A DNA stretch of 57,267 nt, counting the filler, from Jimgerdemannia flammicorona (taxonomy: Eukaryota): the NCBI GenBank assembly GCA_003990765.1. It is 3 parts of 3 records of this genome, joined end to end, with 100 filler letters (N's around TTAATTAATTAA, not from the genome) between each part and the next. Parts side by side here need not be neighbours in the genome. Positions count along the whole stretch, not along the records: positions 1 to 19,024 come from RBNJ01002047.1; positions 19,125 to 38,146 come from RBNJ01002048.1; 1 more part is not named here. One strand, written 5' to 3'. This document shows, piece by piece, positions 12,962-22,690 of this stretch. A program made the translations under genes and the position numbers. Below the pieces are notes generated by a model. That model saw only the letters and a program-made list of their open reading frames with translations, was not told where the DNA came from and did not search any database. The stretch's first letter is position 1; the number at the start of each line of letters is the position of its first letter.

Positions 12962-12994
12962 TATATAAGGACCGCGTTTTTACGTGGCAATAAA
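12962..12994 (+). promoter_or_regulatory. Putative TATA box (TATATAAG) and AATAAA in the PLE pseudo-LTR
   Basis: Motifs present in all four pLTR copies, about 60-90 bp upstream of the ORF1 ATG. Confidence 0.4.
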
Positions 12995-13052
12995 TGGCTG
13001 ATGCATTTTTGGTTACATTCTTTGTTCATCCCCCTTATACATGCTCTTCCAC

Positions 13053-14270
13053 ATGTCTTCCATTCACTTTGACACTGGCTCTGGGTTTGCTCTCTTGGCT
13101 CCCGCTGGGCCTTCTTCCTCCTCTGCTGTATTGCCTGCCCTTGGGGCCTCCATCCTTGTCAACAAGCTCATAGATGAGGCTCTTCCACCTACCTCTCCCC
13201 CTGCCTTCACTCCCGCCACTATCTCATTTGAGACCTATGTCTCATCTGCCATCCTTTCCCTCCTCATGGACCTTCGTCCTTCTGGTTGTCCGCTCCTCTC
13301 TCAGTTCTGGTCGGTTCTTGCCCTCTCTGCAAAGAAGGCTCATCTCCGCCATGACATTGACGTCATTGCTCTGCCCACCATCTGTTATTCCGTTCTCTCT
13401 GAGGCCTGCCGCCAAGCCCTCTCTGAAGAGGTTCGCACCGCTACTGCCACCGCCAAGCTCGCTGCCGCTGATGCTGCTGCCACTTCCACCACCGCCACCT
13501 CCACCTCCTTCCACCGTGCCTGTGCCACTTTCATGGCCTTCGCCTCCTCTCACCTTTCAGATGCTGCCCCCTTCTGTGGCTTCGACATCTGCGATGTTCC
13601 TTCCATCACCACTGACATCGATGCTGTGTGTCATTTCCTCCTCGCCAGCACCTCCTTTGTTGCTTGCCTTCACAAGTAGGAGATGTCACGTGCTACTGCT
13701 GCTGCTCGTGCCACCACTACTGCTCCCCTGCCCGCCTCCCCCAAGGTTTCAGTCTCTGAGGCCATTCATGCCAAAGCTCGTGCTGCTGCTCATGCCGAGG
13801 TTCGTTCCTTCACTACCACCGCTGCCAAGGCCCCCTCCAAGACCCCTGCCAAGACCCCTGCCAAGCCCAACCAGGCTTCGTCGGCCTCTTCCTGGTCTCC
13901 CTCCCCCACCAAGGCTTCCTCCTCCATTCCCCCTGCCCCCAAGTATGGCCACCAACTTGGTTCTCACCCTGTTGGGGCCTGACCTTGTACTGTCTGCTCC
14001 GGTTACCTCCACCATGCCTACTGGCACCCAGCCAAGTCCATCTGCCTCTATGGTGGTGTTCCTTGCGTTGCTGCCCCCTCAGCTGCTCGCTCACCTTCAG
14101 CCTCCTCCGCTGGTTCCTCCTCCACCTCCTCCACCCGTGCCCCTGAATGTAAGGGCTGCACAAAAGCCTGTGGCTGCAAGGTCTGGCACTCTGATGGGGT
14201 GTGCTCCTGCTCATCGGGCTCACCACCTTCAAAAAAAGTCAGAGGGAAGAGGAAGGCCTCCCACTCTTAA
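13053..14270 (+). pseudogene. PLE ORF1, about 405 aa, two internal stops
   Basis: Single frame joining ORFs 13041-13679 and 13683-13982 and continuing to TAA 14270; the stops are CAG>TAG and TGG>TGA relative to the left arm. Confidence 0.72.
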
Positions 14271-14287
14271 ACTTCCCCCTGGCATAG

Positions 14288-16285
14288 TTCTCCCCCAGTT
14301 TCCCTGTCCCTTCTCGGATTCCATTATCACTTCTGGTGTGCTCTGAGTAGTTCCTCATGCTGTCCCCCCTTCACCTTTCCCAGTTGCTTGTCCCAAACTT
14401 TCGGGTTTACTCTTCTCTTGGAGCTCTTTTGTCTCCTCCTTTTTCTTCGGCTGACTGCTCCCTTTCTCCCCTTCAAGTCTTTGCCTTATCCTTGGGTCCT
14501 CGCTTTGTTTTCCCTGCGACTCCCTCTCAATTCTCTTTCACCGATCTGGCTCATCTCACATGTTTTCATCGTGCTCTTAACCTTACCATTTATTTTCAAG
14601 ATCGTGGTGAGATGTCCTCTCACTATTTCGTTCCTAGCGATTGGGTCCCCCCTCTCAATGTCTCTTCAAACTACGTATTCCTCGATATGGCTTGCTTGCT
14701 ATCCATTCCTGGATGAGCTCGCTCTTGCTTGGTTTCAGACCATGCCATGTGTACCACACTTAAATCGGTCAAGCAATTGCCTATGCATTTGCTCACAGTC
14801 ACTGATAAGAATCAGAGTTTTGCACTTATTCCTAAGTTGCTCTACCTTGATGGCCTTTCTGCCCTCCTTCGAGCTGTGGCTTACAAGCCTAGTGCTCTTG
14901 GATTGGATGAGATTCTCACTCTTCTTTGGGTTTCTCTAGCTCATGCCAGATCGCTTTTAGATTCTCCATTTGCAAACTCCATTTTTAACTTCTTCCAGGA
15001 CTCTTTGTCCTCTCCGGATGTTTCTCTTCCAGTTTTCTATGCTCTTCCTAAAGTTTACAAGCCTATTTTGGCTTGGCATCCCATTACGGCTGCTTACAAT
15101 TCACCTACCACCGAGATTTCGAAATGGTTATCCCACTTCTTTCTCTCCTGGATGGCTCTCCTACAACACCGTCTTGGGCCTGAGTATACTATTCTTCATG
15201 ATACTCAGGAGCTCGCCCTTCTCTGCTCCACCATTGTGCCTGTTCATCATTTTTCCCATTTGGCCTCTGGTGATTTTTCCTCCTTCTATACTGGTATTCG
15301 TTTTGACGAGATCGATGATTGCCTTTGCTTCTTGGGTTCTATTGTTTTTCCTTTATATTTCCCAGTTTCATTGGCTTCCATTGTTGAGCTTACGCTTCTC
15401 GTCTGCAGCTCTAATTATTTTGAGTTGGCCCTTGGCTCCTTTCACCAGACTTCTGATATTGCCATGGGTATGAATTGTGCCCCCACCATTGCCAACCTTG
15501 TTGGCCTGGCCCATAAATTGTATGTGTTATGTGATATTGCTTCACCTCTTTCCATTGCATTCCAGGCTGGGGATATCTTCTTTCGCTGATACATTGATGA
15601 CTTCATTGTCTTCGCTGTTGCTGATATTGATATTCCTAGTGTGTTCTTGGCCATCTACCCTCCCCACCATTCCATTACCTGGGTGTGTGGTATGACTAGT
15701 ATTCCCTTTTTGGACCTTTCCATTTCTCTTTCTCCCTTCTGAACTGTTGTTTATTCTCATTTTCCCCATTCCCAACAGTTCCCTGACTTCTTGTCCAATC
15801 ATCCTTGTCGCACTCTTCTTGAATGTGTTTGAGGTGAGGCTCATTGTCTTGCATTATGCTGCTCCCATTGTTCTGATTGGGTGTTTGCTGTTCGGGTTCT
15901 TGGCAACTTCGTGGTCCATCGTCGTGCCTACCCCATTTCTATCATTTGCAATCTGCTTACTTCTGTTGAATGGTCTGTTGTTCGCTCTTCTCTTCTCTCT
16001 CCTCTTTATCCCCCCTCCCTTCCCTCTCTCCCCCCTTACTCTCTCCATACCCCCTCTTCTTTCCCTCCCCCGATTCTTGTCGTACCATTTGATCGTGCTC
16101 GCTGGGTTGCTCAATGCCCTGATACTATCCTGCGCTCTTCTCTTTCACGCCATGGACTTTCATCTCTTTCCCGATGCCCTCTGATTACTCATTCGCATCT
16201 CTCTTCTGTTTCTTCTTTAATCTATCACTCTCATTTTGCATTTTCATCACCTTCTAGTGCCTCCGGCTCTGCTGGAGAGGATTAA
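14288..16285 (+). pseudogene. PLE reverse transcriptase ORF, no GIY-YIG endonuclease
   Basis: Fragments 14357-14716, 14729-15589, 15881-16285 in one frame; LPKVYK, GIAMG-like, YIDD and PFLD motifs. Confidence 0.87.
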
Positions 16286-16910
16286 AAAACATGCTTGCCC
16301 CCTCTGGGGTCTCGCGCTTGCTCTGGGGTCTCGGCCTTACTCCACTCCCCTCTGCTGCCTTTGGCCCCTCGCTTTGCTCAGGCTCGCTGCAGCTCACTCC
16401 ATTTTGGCCTCACCTCTCGCTCACGCTCACTCCTCTGGGGTCTCGCGCTCGCTCCGGGGTCTCGGCCTTACTCCACTCCCCTCTGCTGCCTTTGGCCCCT
16501 CGCTTCGCTCAGGCTCACTGCAGCTCACTCCATTTCGGCCTCACCCCTTGCTTATGCTCACCCCTCCGGGGTCTGCGGATGTTTTTTAATCTCGATTTGG
16601 ATTTGTTTTGTTTGTGTTTATTTGTGATTTTTATCCTACAACTGGGATTGGCTCTCCCTTTATCTCCACCTATCTCCGGCAGTCATGTGGTTCCTAATTC
16701 AGTTCACTCCGAGTTGTGGTGCATCCTCCCTTTTGGGACATTGTATTTTGTATATAAGGACTGCATTTTTATGTGGCAATAAATGGCTGATGCATTTTCA
16801 GTTACGTTCTTTATTCATCCCCCTTATATATGCTCTTCCATATGTCTTCCGTTCACTTTGACACTGGCTCTGGGTTTGCTCCCTTGGCTCCCACTGGGCC
16901 TTCTTCCTCC
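16280..16910 (+). repeat. PLE 3' pseudo-LTR (right arm) with a 131-bp internal tandem duplication (16301-16431 / 16432-16562)
   Basis: Cassette is 312 bp here versus 181 bp in the other two copies. Confidence 0.85.
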
Positions 16911-19024
16911 CCTTCAGTGTGGTGAGTGGGTTGGAGAGCAGGATCTGGGGCTGGTGGCCTTACTGTACAAAGACAAGGGAAGGAGGGAAGACTGGAAGAA
17001 CTGGAGGCCAATCATGCTTCTGGATATGGACAGGAAGATGGTAACTAAGATGATTGTCATGAGGCTGCAGAAAGTTGCCCAACAGGTGCTGGGGGAAGAG
17101 CAGAGAGGCTTTGTTGGGGGCAGGCTAATAAGAGATGGGACTGCTTGGGTTCATGGTGTCATTGAAGGGGCCCGGGCCTGTGAACTAGATGGAAGGTTGG
17201 TCTTTCTGGACCAGGAGAAGGCCTATGACTGTGTATGGCGGGTGTGGCTAGGAAAGGTGTTGGACTGAATTGGGATTCCCCCAACATTTAGGGCCTCAAT
17301 GTTGAGTCTGCTGAAAAGTAGTCGGGCAGCTCTGACATATAATGGTCATTATGGGAGGGCATTTCCCTTGGGATGAGGGGTACCTCAGGGGGACCCTCTG
17401 TCTCCGATTCTCTATGCCCTTTCACTGGAGCCGTTGATGGATAGGATTCACCAGAAGGTAGCAGGGCTCTCTATATATGGTATAGTGTGGAAGGTGGGGG
17501 CCTTTGCTGATGATATGGTGGTTGGACTTGGGTCTGTGGTGGATATAGAGGCACTTCAGGAGACTGTGGAATAGTATGAGGCTCACTCGGGGGTGAAACT
17601 CAACTGGTATAAGTGTGAGATGATGGTGCTAGGGAATGAGCTAGTGGGTGGGGACATCATTGGAACAATTGTCTCTGCTGGTGAGGTGGTGCGGTATCTG
17701 GGCATCTTCCTCTCTGTATATGGTTCTGTCTTGCCACAGGTGTGGTGGGAGAGCAGGGTGAATAGTTGGAGGGAGGCCCTTCATGATTGGGGAGGCCACC
17801 ATATCTCTCTAGCAGAGCGGGTGTCAATACTGAATGTGTATTGGTTCCCAAAGCTGTAGTATGTGGTATATCACCTCGACTTCCCAGTATAGGTGGTGAA
17901 GAAGCTGACGAAGGTGGCTAGGGATTGGATTTGGGTGGGGAGGAGGTCCCAGGTTAGTTGGGATACTCTTGTGAGACCGGCAGTCAGGGGAGGTCTTGGC
18001 CTAGTGGATTTCCCTAAGAGGCTGCACTGCTTGAGAGCCTGGTGATTGAAGAGAGCAGTGGAATTGCAGGGTGGTGGTTGGGTGCCTCTGTTGCAGAAGG
18101 TATGGGAGATGCAAATGTCCCCTTGAGGGTTCTCTGGAGATCTGCTCTCTTTGGTAGGGCTGAATGGAATTCAGAGACTGCAGTTCAAGGGCTTTTGGTG
18201 GGGAGTGGCTGATGGAGCACACTGAATTGGCTTATGCTGGCAGGGTAATGAGGGGGGGGTGGCATGGGGGTCTAATATGTGGCACTGGGATAGGCTGCTA
18301 CTGGGGGGTACTCCACTAGCTGCATTCTATATTGGGGAGGGAGTGGAGTGTCAGCAGGGGCTTGGCCAGGATCTTTGGCCAAGTGGCTGGCAGGCGGTTG
18401 GCATCAGAGAGGAGTGGGACTGGGCAGGCATCTGGTCTTGGAGTGCGGAGGTACAGAGGTGGCTTCCTCCCAAGTTCTGGGTGGTATGGTGGAGAATATT
18501 GTAGAGAAATGTCATGCTGAATTTCTGCTTGGAGCATTTAGTAGAGGGTGGACAATTTGACTGTGAGGAGTATTATGATGTTGGGCAAGCTGGGCATCAT
18601 GTATAGATGCCAGAACATTGGCTGGGAGAGTGTGAGGTTTTGGGGGAATTTTGGGCCGAAATAGGGGATAGACTGGGTGTGGGGTGCTGGCTGGTGGGGG
18701 AGGGGGGTTACTGGGAGGACTTAAGATCTTGGCTTGTGGGTGGAGTGGGTGATAGTTGGCTCACTGTAGGGTGGGTGTTAGCAGTATAGGTGGGACTGGT
18801 GGGATATTGGCTTTTTGTATTTGAGGAGGGACAGCAGTTGGAGCTGTAGGAGAAGGTATTAAGGTGGGAGAGGCTGCTGGGGAATCTGCTGACTGGATGG
18901 TGGGTGGGTTGGGGTCCTCAGGGGGGTCAACATCGCAGTCTGGTGGCAAGGATCTGTGAGCAGAGTGGTGGGAGGGTGGCGATGGTGTTAGACAAAGTAG
19001 TCTTTCATCAGAAAGAGGTAGGGG
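16911..19024 (+). mobile_element. LINE copy B continuation (RT to C-terminus); first 1,461 bp duplicate 7183-8643
   Basis: RT fragments up to 17268 and 17593-17859; C-terminal Cys/His remnant. Confidence 0.9.
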
Positions 19025-19124
19025 NNNNNNNNNNNNNNNNNNNNNNNNNNNNNNNNNNNNNNNNNNNNTTAATTAATTAANNNNNNNNNNNNNNNNNNNN
19101 NNNNNNNNNNNNNNNNNNNNNNNN
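19025..19124. other. Assembly gap with artificial TTAATTAATTAA linker
   Basis: 44 N + 12-mer with stops in all six frames + 44 N. Confidence 0.98.
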
Positions 19125-19377
19125 CCGGCCCCCAGCATTCTGCCGTCAAAATCCAGTCAATTCTCGTGCCCAGGCCATTCACCCAATGTGTGTAGACCCT
19201 GTCGTCACCCCACCTCACCCGGCCCATATCCCCTAAGGAGCTCAGCGTCTCTACCTCCTCCCAAGTATCCAGCCCTCCACTCCGACCACCAGCACCCCGC
19301 CCGCCATCAGTCCTATCCAACTGCTGATCCCTAACCATATTAAAGTCCCCACCGAGAACATCGACCCCTTCCTCCAA
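19125..19377 (-). mobile_element. LINE APE-domain fragment (5'-truncated end) abutting a gypsy LTR
   Basis: GGDFNMV...YTHW...RIDWIL. Confidence 0.85.
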
Positions 19378-20255
19378 GCCTATCCTTCGCCCACCAACAC
19401 CTTATTCAGTATATGAGACAGACGATGCTATCCTGTGGGATGGAGACGAAGTTCCAATATACTATTACCTCAGCGAACAAGGAGAAGTAATCCGCAAACC
19501 ACTCTTTCTAGACGACTACTTCATCAGAGATGATGCAATCAATGGTGATGTCATCGAAGACTACCCAGACAGCGTCTAAACCCATAAATAGCCTAGCAGT
19601 CATAGTATAGTTAGATTAGCATTATACGACATGACTGTGAACTGACTCAGCAGTCAGACGATCTCTTGACATGTCAGATCACACTTATACTACATGACTG
19701 CATTCTGACTCAGCAAGGCACTTAATGCTATATCTATATCTAGTATAGTCCAGATAGCCCCTCACTAGTATAAATACCCCCTCCCCCAGACCTCAGAATC
19801 TCAGACTCGAATATACAAGAACATTCCTGAATACTTCCCCACAATATCTCTTCACACAACTACTCCTAGTATAGTAATATCATGAATAGTGAATAAACCT
19901 ATTTGATAATCCACAACCCACTCCTAAGTAAATCCACTCCCTGTTAGGTCTCACTCCTAACCCTGTCATGAAACTTCCTAATTGGGTATTATCTGCAGCG
20001 ATACACCAATTCAACTAAGCTGGTCTTAGTTTCTTGAACTTCCTGAAATATGGAGAATCCTGAACATCCAGAACTAGTCTGAAGAAGGACTTTGGTTGAG
20101 ATGTCAACCTGATCTTGAAATCAATAAGCATAGAGGATGTACTCTATATGAAATTGATCTTGACTATAAGAAAACAGTCTTCCAGAATATCCAGAATATC
20201 CAGAAAACCTTTCCAGAACTATGTAATGGTTACCCTAAAAAGCAACTCTCTTACA
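19378..20255 (+). repeat. 5' LTR (truncated) of family 1 copy a
   Basis: Matches 28450-29330. Confidence 0.9.
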
Positions 20256-20258
20256 ACT

Positions 20259-20270
20259 TGGTAGCAGCAG
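20259..20270 (+). promoter_or_regulatory. Primer-binding site (probably tRNA-iMet)
   Basis: TGGTAGCAGCAG 3 nt after the LTR end. Confidence 0.7.
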
Positions 20271-22291
20271 TTTTCAATCCAGTTCTGCTTTAAGACGCTT
20301 CCTCACCCTGCTACAAACCCCTCTGAGAATTCCTACAAGTTGGTATAAAGCCCAACCTCTGAACTGGAATTTATCCTGAACTATCTGACAATCTGGAGAG
20401 AATTGAACCTGACATACAAGGACAATTTGACCTCCACACCTGCAACAAGTGGGATAAACTTTATTTAAAGAAAGAAGTACTTAGGTTAAACCAGCAAATA
20501 GGCGAAACCCTATTCACCAAACTCCTTGCACTACACCTAGCAAGTCAAGATGAAGAAGGTCTTATTGAAGCCTTCTTTACTCTTCTCAACAAGAGTTTTG
20601 TTAGCTCCACAAATCTGAGCGACCTAGGACAATCAGCAGCAGTCTTTCTAGCCTTAGTTCCTCACGAAGCCCAAGCCTCTATAGCCAAGTAGCTCAACTC
20701 TACTGACTTTCACTGCACCAGGACCAAGACTGCCTTATACTACCGATTCCAGAACAGCAAGGCCTGCCACATCCTTAAAGAAGAAGCAAGAAAAACCCTT
20801 CATCAACTACCTGACCCTGAACCTGAAGCAGGCCCTGCTACAGCCCTACCTGAATCTGAAACCGATACTGAATCTGAACTTGACTTTGAATTAAGTCCGT
20901 CTGAAATCAGATATACAACTGATTCTGTCTACTTTGACACTGAGCAAACCCAATTACATGGGGACCAAACTGAAGAAGAGGAGGAGTATCTCAGTGAATT
21001 CAATCCCAGATATACCACCGAAGGAGAAGTACCTCCATCAGGACAGAATACACCTACACAGCAACAAACAGTTATCTATCAAGCCCTTACTCCAGATCCA
21101 CAACTACTACTCCAGCAACTTATACAGACCCAAAGAACTCCATTACACTCTGCACCGGTACCTCAAGTAGTACCAGTAACACCACTACTAGCAGTTCAAC
21201 TACCTCCAGCAATCAACATAGTGAACTAACAGATTCTTGATCTCACAGCCCAAGTAGCTATAATGGCAGCAACCATTACTACCTTAGCTGAACAGACCCA
21301 ACCTACCAAAAATCTGAGCCTACCTACCTTCAATGGTACTGCACAAGAAGTCCAAAGCTTCATTAGTGTAGTTGATACCAACTTCGAAGCCAATCAATGG
21401 ACTAATGAGTGAGTTGCTGACTGCGTTCTGACAAACAATCAAGACCACACCCTGGAACAACTCTTCGCTACCACTACAGTCTATGTCCACCAAGTTGTTA
21501 CATTCTTCCAAGGATCTGCCAAAGAATGGTAGTGAACCCTTCCTGAAAAACCCCTTACATAGGATACCCGACCTGCAGTAGTTGCCCAGAATGCAGCAAA
21601 CAATGCCCCAGGATATAGAGCCCATCCTGCAGCCCCTGGACTCAAACAACTCATGATTGCTCAATATCACAGCGAAACCATGATCACTGAATCCCAAGTA
21701 AAACTCCACAACCTCAAATTCAATGTACATGGCAAAGAAGAATTCGAAACCTTCTGTACAAAACTCGAGTCACTCCTGAACACTGTTGGCCTAGGATACA
21801 TTACCAATGATAAAGCACGAAATGGTACAAGATCAGACCATTTATTTGATACCCTGCCTGAATGGCTTACTAGAAAAATCCGAGAGCAAGGCCGCCCAGT
21901 TGGTTGTGATCACCAACAATGGTGCCTGGCAAGAATCAAGACCATGGTCAAGCGAATCCTAACAGCTGGACCAATTCTGCCCCGAAGGTAATTCAACAAT
22001 AAGGAAAGGACTTGAACCAAGAAAGAAGAACCCAAGCATGAAGCATCCCAAGCTCCCTCCACATCCACCTCTTGGACACCCAGAAATCCTGAACTCACCC
22101 AGCCCAGTACCTTCAAGAAACTTACTGAAGGCGAAAGGAATGAACTTCGAAGAAGTGGAGCATGCTTCTATTGCCGAAAGATAGAACATATGGCCAGTGC
22201 CTGCCCCAACCGAAAACTCCAAACAGCAACATGAGCAACTGTTACCACTCTTCACAACTTCAACAACCTGACCACCAGAACACTAGACTCT

Positions 22292-22690
22292 GTCAAGTTA
22301 AGACAAACTGCTAAGGCTCCAACCAAAGAAAGTCAAAAAGCAGCTGGATATGACCTGTATGCAGCCGAAGAAGCTACAGTTTCTAACTGAGAAGTCAAAA
22401 AAGTCTATATAGGAATCAGTATCCAAATCCCTGAAGGATATGTTAGAAGAATATGCTGTTGCAGCAGCCTAGCATTGAAAGGACTCTCAGTAGAAGGAGG
22501 AGTCATTGACGAGAATTACACAAGTGAAACTATTGTTCTCATCCGAAACCACAGTTGGACACTCTTCAAGATCCCTATTGGCTTCTGCATCGCCCAGATC
22601 CTATTCAAAAAAATCAAGTCAACCCTAACAGTCAAAGAAGTCCCTGAACTACTGCCCACCATCTGAGGATCCAAAGAATTTGGCTCATCA
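22292..22690 (+). pseudogene. dut: dUTPase domain within the gypsy polyprotein
   Basis: AAGYDLYA, SSLALKG, GGVIDENY, IAQI, GSKEFGSS motifs. Confidence 0.9.

Larger units (their letters stand above)
12788..16910 (+). mobile_element. Penelope-like retroelement, right arm (inverted copy of the left arm)
   Basis: Reverse complement of 8647-12636; same ORF1, RT and terminal repeat. Confidence 0.88.

Noticed and set aside
12660..13010. Hammerhead ribozyme in the PLE pseudo-LTR (CTGATG.., GAGGCCGAAA)
   Set aside because: No complete CUGANGA...GAAA core with flanking stems on one strand; the two partial motifs point in opposite orientations relative to the element.
11079..14346. Pro/Leu-rich 439-aa and 390-aa ORFs
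   Set aside because: Alternative frames of PLE ORF1, kept open by the A-poor composition; the Ala-rich frame with Cys/His motifs is more plausible.
15747..16184. Hydrophobic 145-aa ORF (also 9241-9678) resembling a membrane or env protein
   Set aside because: Overlaps the RT thumb in another frame; hydrophobicity follows from the T/C-rich sequence.
8644..16910. Palindrome as a DIRS element or a DNA transposon with giant TIRs
   Set aside because: No tyrosine recombinase, RNase H or transposase motifs; the RT motifs are PLE-type.
19069..19080. TTAATTAATTAA palindrome (also 38191-38202)
   Set aside because: Artificial assembly linker.
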